Program-made: the position numbers and the translations under genes | The notes under the pieces: model-generated | Told to the model about the DNA's origin: nothing | Database searches by the model: none | What the model saw: only the letters and a program-made list of their open reading frames with translations | Assembly (NCBI GenBank): GCA_025210965.1 | Contig: JAOAQY010000072.1 | Coordinates: 9,837-73,836 of the forward strand | DNA length: 64,000 nt | Reading direction: 5' to 3' | From: Tissierellales bacterium | Lineage (GTDB): Bacteria > Bacillota > Clostridia > Tissierellales > JAOAQY01 | In this document: positions 8,300 to 17,000 of the stretch, piece after piece | How positions within the stretch are numbered: position 1 is the first letter of the stretch | Layout: each line of letters starts with the position of its first letter

Positions 8300-8998
8300 C
8301 TATTTTATAAACTCCGCTTTACAAAATCCTGCCCCTAATGCTGAATTTTTTTCCCCTATACCAGTAGCCAATGCAATAAATGCAAGTTTTTGAGATATTT
8401 CGTCCTCTTTTACCTCTATGCTCACCTTATTTCCAAGCAATTTTATATTCTTATACTTTAGTCCTACTGGTTTTCTATTTTTAAACTCGATTGATTTTAC
8501 TAAATTTACTTCTGCTTTCAAATCCTCATTAAAATATGATTTGTACTTCTTTTCTAAATTTGCAATCATTCTTTCATTGAAAATTTTTATATCTTGATTT
8601 TGAAGCCATGGTTGATCATCAATTGTAAGTATCACAGGACTTAATGTATGAAGAGTTTTGATTTTTCTCTGTTTTACAAGTTTCGCATCTATTGCTAATA
8701 TCTTAAAATCAAAACTCCTTAATACCCTCAAACATTTTCGCATTTTTTTCATCATTTCAACGTCTATACTTCTTATTTTGAAAATATATAGTTTGCCAGA
8801 TTTATATTTTTTATCGCGTTCAAATGGATAAAAGGTATCAAATACATAATTTTTGTATTGGTTTTTAGGATGTAACTCTTTTAGTTCTTCATCAAATAGC
8901 ATAGACTTGTTTATGTTTTTACCTATCACAAATCCAGCCTCATCAAAATCAATATCTTTTTTCAGCTCTATTGTAATTATTAGTTCTAAATATTCCAC
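8300..8998 (-). CDS. cas6: Cas6-like RAMP endoribonuclease, stand-alone
   Basis: 232 aa. C-terminal glycine-rich loop ATGIGEKNSALGAGFCK. Cas6-like blocks: LHPKN...YVFDTFYP, TLSPVILT, and LEKKYKSYFN (compare the ...KYK.FY.. block in type I-B clostridial Cas6). GTG start 5 nt after GAGGTG. Confidence 0.7.
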   Translation of the reverse strand: MEYLELIITIELKKDIDFDEAGFVIGKNINKSMLFDEELKELHPKNQYKNYVFDTFYPFERDKKYKSGKLYIFKIRSIDVEMMKKMRKCLRVLRSFDFKILAIDAKLVKQRKIKTLHTLSPVILTIDDQPWLQNQDIKIFNERMIANLEKKYKSYFNEDLKAEVNLVKSIEFKNRKPVGLKYKNIKLLGNKVSIEVKEDEISQKLAFIALATGIGEKNSALGAGFCKAEFIK

Positions 8999-9126
8999 AT
9001 CTTCACCTCAATTATTATTTACTACTATATCATTTTATTCCTTTTATACTTTTCTTTCAAGTTTCTTTACAATCTTTAAATCATTGTAGTATACTCTATA
9101 CAGTTAATACAAATATTAGGAGGTAT

Positions 9127-10029
9127 ATGATGCTTAATATACTATCAGATTGCGATCTATGTCCTAGAAATTGCCATGTAGATCGTTTCTCCCATACGGG
9201 TTATTGTAACTCTACAAATGAAATAAAACTATCTAAAGCATATCTTCATATGTGGGAAGAACCTTGTATTTCTGGTTCTAATGGTTCAGGTTGCCTATTT
9301 TTCTCAAATTGTAATTTATCATGCATTTTTTGTCAGAACTACGAAATAAGTCAAAATTCTAAAGGTAGATTAGTCTCTATCGATCAATTATCAAATCTAA
9401 TGCTAAAATTACAGAAAAATGGTGCACATAATATAAATTTAGTAACTCCAACTCAATATGTTCCTCAAATTTGTAAAGCTATCATTTTGGCAAAAAAGTT
9501 AGGACTTAGTATTCCAATTGTTTATAATACAAATAGTTATGAATCAACAAAAACAATACAAACGATAGCTCCATTTGTAGATATATTTCTTGCTGATTTC
9601 AAATATTTCGATGACAAATATGCAAGAGAATACTCAAATGCCCCAGACTACTTTAATGTAGCTAGTGCTGCCATCAAAACTATGTATGATTATGTCGGAA
9701 ACCCTATTTTTGATTTAGATTCAAAACTGATGAAAAAAGGTCTTATAATAAGACATTTGATGTTACCTGGACATGGCCTAGATACAAAAAACATAATAAA
9801 TTATTTATTCGAATCATATGGTTCAAATTTTTATTTAAGCTTAATGAATCAATACACTCCTTATTACAAGGCGCTAAATCATCCAAAATTGAATAAACCA
9901 TTGTCTCAAAACAGATACGAAAAAATGATAGACTATTGTTCCTCTTTAGGTCTAGAAAATGTATTTATTCAAGATAAAGGATCATCTTCCGATTCATTCA
10001 TACCTAATTTTGACAATCCGAACTTCTAA
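9127..10029 (+). CDS. Radical SAM protein, PflX/COG1313-like (pyruvate formate-lyase activase homolog)
   Basis: CxxxCxxC motif CNLSCIFCQN. N-terminal Cys cluster CDLCPRNCHVDR..GYC. RBS AGGAGG. Confidence 0.8.
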   Translation: MMLNILSDCDLCPRNCHVDRFSHTGYCNSTNEIKLSKAYLHMWEEPCISGSNGSGCLFFSNCNLSCIFCQNYEISQNSKGRLVSIDQLSNLMLKLQKNGAHNINLVTPTQYVPQICKAIILAKKLGLSIPIVYNTNSYESTKTIQTIAPFVDIFLADFKYFDDKYAREYSNAPDYFNVASAAIKTMYDYVGNPIFDLDSKLMKKGLIIRHLMLPGHGLDTKNIINYLFESYGSNFYLSLMNQYTPYYKALNHPKLNKPLSQNRYEKMIDYCSSLGLENVFIQDKGSSSDSFIPNFDNPNF

Positions 10030-10041
10030 TAAAAAAACAAA

Positions 10042-10065
10042 GCCCTGTATCTTACGATACAGGGC
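10042..10065. terminator. Bidirectional intrinsic terminator
   Basis: GCCCTGTATC-TTAC-GATACAGGGC, flanked by an A-run and a T/A-rich run, between convergent genes. Confidence 0.75.
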
Positions 10066-10081
10066 ATAATATCAAACTTAA

Positions 10082-10282
10082 TTATCTAACTACTTCGATA
10101 TTTTCTGCTTGTGGTCCTTTTGGTCCTTGAACAACTTCGAACTCAACGTTTTGACCTTCTTCTAAAGTTTTGAAACCTTCTACGTTAATTTGTGAGAAGT
10201 GAGCGAATACGTCGTTTCCGTCTTCTCCTGTAATAAATCCAAATCCTTTTTCTGCGTTAAACCATTTAACTGTACCTTTCAT
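10082..10282 (-). CDS. Cold-shock protein (CspA family)
   Basis: [17 protein letters not shown] (RNP1 KGFGFI) and VFAHF (RNP2). True start is ATG 10282, preceded by AGGAGG. The longer ORF-track start is upstream of the RBS. Confidence 0.95.
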   Translation of the reverse strand: MKGTVKWFNAEKGFGFITGEDGNDVFAHFSQINVEGFKTLEEGQNVEFEVVQGPKGPQAENIEVVR

Positions 10283-10430
10283 AATAAAGTACCTCCTAAT
10301 ATAAATTTTCCTTAAATTCTTCAAAATAGATAACAAACACCGTTCTTAATTAGGACAATACTTCAAACATGAGTTCCAATCAGAAAACATTCTTGTTAAG
10401 TTTATTTCTTTTTAATTTAAGTACTACTTG

Positions 10431-10459
10431 AGTATAACACTAAAATATAGGCTTGTCAA
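10431..10459 (-). promoter_or_regulatory. Sigma-A promoter of the cold-shock gene (long 5' UTR)
   Basis: The minus strand reads TTGACA (10454-10459), a 17-nt spacer, then TATACT (10431-10436). This leaves a leader of about 140 nt. Confidence 0.65.
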
Positions 10460-10496
10460 ATATAAGTTTCTTTTATTTTTAAGTAAATTACAACAC

Positions 10497-10937
10497 TTAC
10501 TCCCCTCTTATCATTTCTATGTGAGGAATGCCATCTTCCAAATAAACGTCTGAAACTGTTATAAATCCATGTTGTTTGTAAAATTTCTCCAAATATGCTT
10601 GAGCAGATATTTTTATTTTAGTTTCATTTAATTCGTTCTCTATAAATTTAATAGCTTCTACTATCATTTTCTGAGCCAAACCCCTGCCCCTACTCTCTTT
10701 TATTACCAAAACTCTGCCTATAGAAATTTCATCATATGATAAACCTCTAGGTAATATCCTCAAATATGCTATAACTTTTTCTTCTTCCTCCAAAAATAAA
10801 TGATAGCTCTTTAAATCCTTGTCATCACAGTCTTGATAAACACAGTCTTGTTCTACTACGAATACCTCATTTCTTGCCTTTAAGATTTTATAGAGTTCTA
10901 TACTACTTATCTCATCAATTTTTTTTATTTTAAACAT
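10497..10937 (-). CDS. GNAT-family N-acetyltransferase (ElaA-like)
   Basis: RNEVFVVEQDCVYQDCDDKD...HLF is ElaA-type. The acetyl-CoA loop is RGRGLAQKM. Confidence 0.8.
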   Translation of the reverse strand: MFKIKKIDEISSIELYKILKARNEVFVVEQDCVYQDCDDKDLKSYHLFLEEEEKVIAYLRILPRGLSYDEISIGRVLVIKESRGRGLAQKMIVEAIKFIENELNETKIKISAQAYLEKFYKQHGFITVSDVYLEDGIPHIEMIRGE

Positions 10938-11015
10938 ATTTAACCCCCTTGTTTTAACATTTTTTGATATTTATTTAATTTTAGCATTCTGCTATTTTAT
11001 TTTCAAATAAAATAA

Positions 11016-11054
11016 GTACAGACACATGATTTAACTAAAATCATGTGTCTGTAC
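11016..11054 (-). terminator. Intrinsic terminator after the transporter gene
   Basis: Perfect 16-bp stem GTACAGACACATGATT/AATCATGTGTCTGTAC, followed by a T-rich tract on the minus strand. Confidence 0.8.
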
Positions 11055-11083
11055 CATAAGTGTTAATAAAAAGAGGTTTTATG

Positions 11084-12400
11084 TTATAAGAAAATCTTTA
11101 ACAAGCTCGTTGCAAGTATGAGCATAAATGCCCCACCTATTCTAGATGAAATTTGTGCAAATGGCATTAGTTCCATTCTCTTTGATGCTGAAAGTACTGC
11201 TACATCTCCCGTACCTCCCATATTAGCCATACACAATCCACCTGTTATCGCTGCTTCTATTGGATAGAATCCTAATAGCTTTCCAACTAGCCCTGATCCT
11301 ATAACTGATCCAACTACTACTGTAAATACTAGAACAATATAAGTAGGATTAATTGCTGCTATAACTTGATTCAAATCTGTATACGCAATACCTATACCAA
11401 CTAATAATGCTGGTGTTAAATTCGACATTACAAATCTAAACCATTGAAATGCTCCCATTTCGTACTTTCTTGGCAATATTCCAAGAGCTTTAACTACGGC
11501 TACTGAAATAATCATCAATGCATATGAGTGAAGCGGTATATAATTTGCTAAAACCTTTCCCCATACAAAAAATACTGTTGAAAGCAATAATCCTATACCC
11601 AAAAGTGGTAATTCTAATTTCAACTCAGTCTTGTCTTCGGCTTTAGAGACTTCTTGATTAACCATTAACTTCCCATTTCCTGTAAGACCTGTGTATTTTT
11701 GTCCTATTTTATTTAATAGTCCTCCAACCACTATTGCCATCGCATTTCCAAGTGCTAATGCTGGTACCATGACTGACATTATTTCCTTTGGATCAGTTGA
11801 CAATGCATTTCCAAATATCTGTGAAAGTGGAACTGCTCCAGCTCCCATTCCACCACCCATAATAGGTATAGTAATATAAAGTATAGCTTGCTTCGCACCA
11901 TAGCCCATAATAGCTCCAACAACTCCTGTAAGTGCTATAGAAACAATTACTCCTCCTAGTATAACTGGTAAATATCTAACAGAAGCTTTTATCAATAGCT
12001 CTCTATCCATTCCTAGTATACTTCCTGTAATAAGTGCTGCTATATAGAAACTTAAAAATCCACTACCTGATTTAGTAAAACTTACCATAACTTCTGTAGT
12101 TGCCTCTGGAATCAATCCATATGTTGCAAGTGCTGCTGTTCCAAATATAACTACAATTGCTCCACCACCAAAATAACTTTTTACTATTGGTGTTTTGTTT
12201 CCTATTTCATTCAATATTGCTCCTAAAACCATCATAAATGGAAGTGCTCCTACAAGCCCTGATGGTAATTTGCCTAAATAAGATGCATAAAATACTATTG
12301 CTGTCAAAATACTAAACATTGGAAGAGACATCCCCATTATTTTATAACCTTGCTTTTCATCCAATCTTTCTACTTGAACCTTTGCTGTACTACCCGCCAT
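11084..12400 (-). CDS. 2-hydroxycarboxylate transporter family (malate/citrate:cation symporter, MaeN/CitS-like)
   Basis: 438 aa with about 11-13 hydrophobic segments. The family is assigned from overall similarity and from its position next to a malic enzyme and a CitA/DcuS-type two-component system. Confidence 0.75.
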   Translation of the reverse strand: MAGSTAKVQVERLDEKQGYKIMGMSLPMFSILTAIVFYASYLGKLPSGLVGALPFMMVLGAILNEIGNKTPIVKSYFGGGAIVVIFGTAALATYGLIPEATTEVMVSFTKSGSGFLSFYIAALITGSILGMDRELLIKASVRYLPVILGGVIVSIALTGVVGAIMGYGAKQAILYITIPIMGGGMGAGAVPLSQIFGNALSTDPKEIMSVMVPALALGNAMAIVVGGLLNKIGQKYTGLTGNGKLMVNQEVSKAEDKTELKLELPLLGIGLLLSTVFFVWGKVLANYIPLHSYALMIISVAVVKALGILPRKYEMGAFQWFRFVMSNLTPALLVGIGIAYTDLNQVIAAINPTYIVLVFTVVVGSVIGSGLVGKLLGFYPIEAAITGGLCMANMGGTGDVAVLSASKRMELMPFAQISSRIGGAFMLILATSLLKIFL

Positions 12401-12434
12401 AAAAAAGCTCCCCTTTCAATCTACCTAGAGTAAT

Positions 12435-13607
12435 TTAAATTCTAGCTGCGCCTGAATCTATTGCCGCCTTCGAAACTGCTTTTGCTACATTTTCTCCTAC
12501 GCTTTTGTTAAAAGAACTCGGAATAACATACTCACTAGTTATTTCATCTTCAGAAATTACTTCTGCTATAGCCTTCGCCGCGGCTACTTTCATTTCTTCA
12601 TTTATATCGCTAGCTCTTACATCCAATGCTCCTCTAAATATCCCTGGAAATGCAAGTACATTGTTTACTTGATTTGCAAAATCTGATCTTCCAGTTCCAA
12701 CTACAGCAGCTCCTGCTTTTATAGCCAAATCTGGCATTATTTCTGGAGTTGGGTTTGCCATAGCAAATACAATCGCATTTTCATTCATACTAGCTACCAT
12801 ATCTTCTGTAACTACACCTGGCGCTGATACCCCAATGAAAATATCCGTACCTTTCATAGCATCTGCTAAACTTCCTGTAACTCCTTCTTCATTTGTCATC
12901 TTTGCTAATGATTCTTTCAGCCAGTCATTATGCTCTGCTCCTGGAACTAAAATTCCTCTTCTATCACAAACTTTTATGTGCTTAGCTCCCATTGCAAAAA
13001 GCATTTTAGTGATAGACGAACCAGCTGCACCCGAACCACTTAATACGATTTTTACATCTTCCCATTTCTTATTTACTAATTTTAGAGAATTTATAAGTCC
13101 AGCTACCGTTACAATTGCTGTTCCATGCTGGTCATCATGAAATACTGGAATATCAAGCTTTTCTTTCAGTTTTTCTTCAATCTCTATACATCTAGGAGCT
13201 GAAATATCTTCAAGATTTATTCCGCCAAATGTTGGTGCCAATTTACAAACCAAATCTACTATTTCGTCTACATTTTTAGTATCAATACATACTGGGAATG
13301 CATCTACATCACCAAATGCTTTGAATAAAACAGCTTTACCTTCCATAACTGGCATAGCTGCTTCTGGGCCTATATCTCCAAGACCTAATACAGCCGTTCC
13401 ATCAGATACTACTGCTACTAAATTACCTTTTGCAGTATACTTATATACATCATCTTTATTTTCAGCAATTCTTCTACATGGCTCTGCTACACCTGGTGTG
13501 TATGCAGTACTTAAATCATCTTTATCCTCTAATTTAACTTTGCAAGTTATACTTACTTTTCCCTTATTTTCTTCATGCATTTTAATTGCCATTTCGTTGT
13601 AATTCAT
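12435..13607 (-). CDS. NAD(P)-dependent malic enzyme (short, bacterial type)
   Basis: Motifs YTPGVAEPC, VVSDGTAVLGLGDIG, GGINLEDISAPRC, FHDDQHGTAIV and GSGAAG. Start set to ATG 13607 after GGAGA. The ORF-track extension runs through a terminator hairpin. Confidence 0.9.
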   Translation of the reverse strand: MNYNEMAIKMHEENKGKVSITCKVKLEDKDDLSTAYTPGVAEPCRRIAENKDDVYKYTAKGNLVAVVSDGTAVLGLGDIGPEAAMPVMEGKAVLFKAFGDVDAFPVCIDTKNVDEIVDLVCKLAPTFGGINLEDISAPRCIEIEEKLKEKLDIPVFHDDQHGTAIVTVAGLINSLKLVNKKWEDVKIVLSGSGAAGSSITKMLFAMGAKHIKVCDRRGILVPGAEHNDWLKESLAKMTNEEGVTGSLADAMKGTDIFIGVSAPGVVTEDMVASMNENAIVFAMANPTPEIMPDLAIKAGAAVVGTGRSDFANQVNNVLAFPGIFRGALDVRASDINEEMKVAAAKAIAEVISEDEITSEYVIPSSFNKSVGENVAKAVSKAAIDSGAARI

Positions 13608-13671
13608 TTTTCCATCTCCTCTAATTTGAATTAGGTTATATGAAAACCTTTTCCTTATGTGAAGATTATAT

Positions 13672-13698
13672 AAAAAAAACCGACAATTGTCGGTTTTT
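13672..13698. terminator. Intrinsic terminator between the response regulator and malic-enzyme genes
   Basis: AAAAAAACCGACAATTGTCGGTTTTT: a palindromic stem with A/T runs on both sides. Confidence 0.75.
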
Positions 13699-13737
13699 CT
13701 AAGTATTCTATATTTTTTCAAACTAAATAATTTTTTG

Positions 13738-14418
13738 TTAATATTTTATCTTATATATATAAGCCGGACGTCCTCTAGATCCATGAGACATCTCTATCTC
13801 GATTTCTCCAATCTTTCCTAGATAATCTAAATACCTTCTAGCAGTAACTTTAGAGATATCGATTTCCTCAGCCACAAAGCTAACATCGATACTTTTTTTA
13901 TCCGTCGCTTTCAATATTTTTATAACCCTCTGAAGCGTTTTTTTGTGCAATCCTTTTGGTAATTCTATATTCTCATTTTTCTCTGCATTGAAAAAAGCAT
14001 CTAAATCATCTTGACTCATTAAACTTTTATTTATAAATTCCTTTTTTATACTTAAATATTTTTGAAGTGCTAGTTTAAGCCTATCGTATTCAAATGGCTT
14101 TACCATATAATCAAAAGCACCATAACTACGAGCCTTTTTCAAGTCTTCTGCTGAATTTGCAGCTGTAACGAGTATTACATCAGTCAATATGCCCTTACTT
14201 CTAATTTTTTTCAGTATTTCAAAACCATTCAGCCCTGGCAAATACACATCTAAGATAAGCAAATCTATCTCCTCATCTTTTATATAATTATAGGCCTCTT
14301 TCCCGTTGTGTATAACATTTACAACTGAAAAAAACTCTATATTCTCAATAAATTTTTTATGAATAAAAGCCAACATTGGATCGTCTTCTACTATTAATAC
14401 CTTTATCACTAAATCCAT
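13738..14418 (-). CDS. Response regulator, CitB/DcuR/MalR family
   Basis: REC domain (VLIVEDDP, LLILDVYLPG, MVKPF) plus a C-terminal HTH. The start may instead be GTG 14409, which has better RBS spacing. Confidence 0.85.
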   Translation of the reverse strand: MDLVIKVLIVEDDPMLAFIHKKFIENIEFFSVVNVIHNGKEAYNYIKDEEIDLLILDVYLPGLNGFEILKKIRSKGILTDVILVTAANSAEDLKKARSYGAFDYMVKPFEYDRLKLALQKYLSIKKEFINKSLMSQDDLDAFFNAEKNENIELPKGLHKKTLQRVIKILKATDKKSIDVSFVAEEIDISKVTARRYLDYLGKIGEIEIEMSHGSRGRPAYIYKIKY

Positions 14419-14424
14419 CTCCCA

Positions 14425-16020
14425 TCAATTATTGTCTTCAATAGGGATTACAATTGTAAATGTAGTACCCTTATCTTTCTCACTCATAACCTCTATCTCT
14501 CCCTTCAATCTTTCCACATTAGATTTTACAAGGTCAAGACCAATTCCATTACTTCCTCTTTTAGTTGTAAATCCCCTATTAAATATTGTTTCTATATACT
14601 TTTGTTCTATACCTATGCCATTATCCGAAACTTCTATTACAAGGTTTTCTGATGTATCATTTATATAAAATATAATTTTGCCATCATCTCTATTTGTCTT
14701 TTGTATAGCTTCTATTGCATTTTCTATCAAGTTTCCTATAATTATTACCATTGCTCCAGAGTTAATCTTATAACCCTCGCAAAGCAACAAGCTGTCACTT
14801 GTAACCTCTATATCTATTTTGTCTTCACTTGCCCTATTAATCTTGCCTATTATCAAAGCATTTATAGTCGCATTTTTTATTTTCCCTGAAACTATATCCT
14901 GTATTTTAGTATATCTATATCCAAGCCCCATTACATATTTCTTAGCTTCATCTATCTCGTCAAGTTCTAACAATCCGTTTATTAGATGTAGCTTATTCTT
15001 GAATTCATGAGTAGTTGCTCTAAGTGCTCTAACCACTTGCTTTATCCCAGTCATCTCTTCAGCTAATGTTACTACATCACTTAAGTCTTTGAAAGTAGCT
15101 AGAGCTCCCACCAATCTACCATTTTCATAAATTGGTATTCTATTTGTAAGGATTTGCGCTCCATTTATAAGCTGCTCCCGATCATATTCAGCTATTCCAG
15201 TTTCAAGTATTCTAGGAAGCTTTGTCGTTGGAAATACGCTCTCTATATCTACTCCTATAAAATCTTTACCTTCACAGTTCAATATTTTTTTAGCTGAATC
15301 ATTCATCAGGTTAATACTGCATTTTGCATCAATCGCTAATATTCCTTCTCTAGTTGATTTCAAAATCACATCTTTTTCTCTATAAAGTTTTGCTATTTGA
15401 TACGGTTCCAAATTTAGCAAACTCTTTTTTATACTAGTGGATATTAGTATAGCACCAACTCCACCTATCAGTATTCCAAAAAAGGAATACACTAAAACAC
15501 TCCTTCTAATATTCAAAATAGATTCTTCAACTCTATCATATTTTTGAGCTGTCATTACAAATCCAACTTGATTATTTTGAAAATATATTGGAATAAATAC
15601 TCTAATAGAACGTCCTAAAGTACCTGTCGCGATAGAAGAATATATACTGCCGGTTTCAAGAACTTGCTTTTCATCTCCTCCAACGAAATATTTACCCAGT
15701 CTGTCTCTACTTGGATGTCCATATCTCAATCCATCCATATCAGCAATCGTAATAATTTCAATATCTTCTAGTATATCTAAATACCTTTCAACTATTACCT
15801 GTACCTCTTCAGTTTTTTTATAATTTAAATTCCATTGAATATCTTGATTTTCTGCTATTATGTGTCCTACATTTCTTAAATTTGCTTCTATCTTCATCTC
15901 CAGTCTATCTACTTCAAATTCACTTATAAAATAACTGCTAAGCCCTATCGATAATATGACCAAAAAGATCATTCCAAACAATAATTTAGTTTGCAAACGC
16001 ATTGGTGTTCTCTCTCTCAT
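14425..16020 (-). CDS. Sensor histidine kinase, CitA/DcuS/MalK family
   Basis: Two TM segments flank a sensor domain, followed by a PAS region. H-box TTHEFKNKLHLINGLLEL. ATPase boxes NLIENAIEA, DNGIGI and GIGLDL. Start is ATG 16020 after AAAGGAG. Confidence 0.85.
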   Translation of the reverse strand: MRERTPMRLQTKLLFGMIFLVILSIGLSSYFISEFEVDRLEMKIEANLRNVGHIIAENQDIQWNLNYKKTEEVQVIVERYLDILEDIEIITIADMDGLRYGHPSRDRLGKYFVGGDEKQVLETGSIYSSIATGTLGRSIRVFIPIYFQNNQVGFVMTAQKYDRVEESILNIRRSVLVYSFFGILIGGVGAILISTSIKKSLLNLEPYQIAKLYREKDVILKSTREGILAIDAKCSINLMNDSAKKILNCEGKDFIGVDIESVFPTTKLPRILETGIAEYDREQLINGAQILTNRIPIYENGRLVGALATFKDLSDVVTLAEEMTGIKQVVRALRATTHEFKNKLHLINGLLELDEIDEAKKYVMGLGYRYTKIQDIVSGKIKNATINALIIGKINRASEDKIDIEVTSDSLLLCEGYKINSGAMVIIIGNLIENAIEAIQKTNRDDGKIIFYINDTSENLVIEVSDNGIGIEQKYIETIFNRGFTTKRGSNGIGLDLVKSNVERLKGEIEVMSEKDKGTTFTIVIPIEDNN

Positions 16021-16165
16021 TTTCAAAACTCCTTTGCATCTTTCGCATTAGTATTTTTTATAATTGTATCAAATTATTCACAAAATAGCTACACCATGCT
16101 AGTATTAGTACATTTATGATATACTTAAATTATTAATGTTCTAAGCTTATAACGGAGGGGCTTCT

Positions 16166-16912
16166 ATGAAAAAACAACTAAATATAGGATTTGCAGAATC
16201 TTTAATTTCTCGTGAAAATCCATACTTACAATATGATGAACTAGAAAAAATTATATTACAAAATAAAGCGCTAGATTTAATTTGTTTTCCAGAACTCTAT
16301 TTGATCTCAGATTCTAAATCAAAATATATAAACGAAAATATTCTAAATGATATCTTTGATAGAATTGATTATCTTTCAAATACATATAATATAGCTATAT
16401 CTTACGGTTCGATTCTCCCTGAAAACGACAAACTTTTCATCGCACAAATAGTCTCTATACCAAATAAGTCTAGGATAGTATACAAAAAGACTCATTTAGG
16501 TAAAAATGAATTATCTACATTTTCAGTCGGTGATCAATTATTCACGTTTGAATACAAATCATTTACTCTTGGAATTCAGCTTTGCATAGAAACTCATATA
16601 CCAGAGCTGACTACCATACAGAGGTTAAAAGGTGCAAATATAATTATAGCGCCCTTCAATACTCCGTTAAGCGCATCTAAAAGAATTGATTTATGGAAAA
16701 AATACATCCCAACTCGCTCTTATGACAATCAATGTTTTTTTCTATGTAATAATTTTTATGGTGGTCAGTTGATAACATCTCCAAGCGGAAAGATTCTATT
16801 TGAATCATGTAAGTCGACCACTCAATCTTTTACAATAGAGTATCAAACCTTGAACTCAAAAACTGATTTTTTGAAATATCGCAGACCAGAATTATATAAT
16901 AATTTGCTTTGA
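16166..16912 (+). CDS. Carbon-nitrogen hydrolase (nitrilase superfamily)
   Basis: Candidate Glu-Lys-Cys triad in CFPE, YKKTHL and GIQLCIE. RBS GGAGGGG. Confidence 0.7.
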   Translation: MKKQLNIGFAESLISRENPYLQYDELEKIILQNKALDLICFPELYLISDSKSKYINENILNDIFDRIDYLSNTYNIAISYGSILPENDKLFIAQIVSIPNKSRIVYKKTHLGKNELSTFSVGDQLFTFEYKSFTLGIQLCIETHIPELTTIQRLKGANIIIAPFNTPLSASKRIDLWKKYIPTRSYDNQCFFLCNNFYGGQLITSPSGKILFESCKSTTQSFTIEYQTLNSKTDFLKYRRPELYNNLL

Positions 16913-17000
16913 AAAACCAAAAATAAAGAGCACACTATGCAACAAATGTTGTATAATATGCTCTCTATTTTTTCATTGTTTGATTACTACTTAACTACTA

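Noticed and set aside
8206-9126. Search for CRISPR repeats or a leader next to the Cas6-like gene, and likewise in every other intergenic region of the window
   Set aside because: I found only a terminator hairpin and promoter-like sequence. There are no regularly spaced direct repeats anywhere in the 64 kb.
13608-13721. N-terminal extensions in the ORF track (malic enzyme here; also 1629-1655, 31140-31223, 35483-35536, 50231-50248, 62632-62727 and others)
   Set aside because: The upstream starts lack RBSs or run through terminators or promoters. Internal ATG/GTG/TTG starts with good Shine-Dalgarno spacing give N-termini typical of each family.
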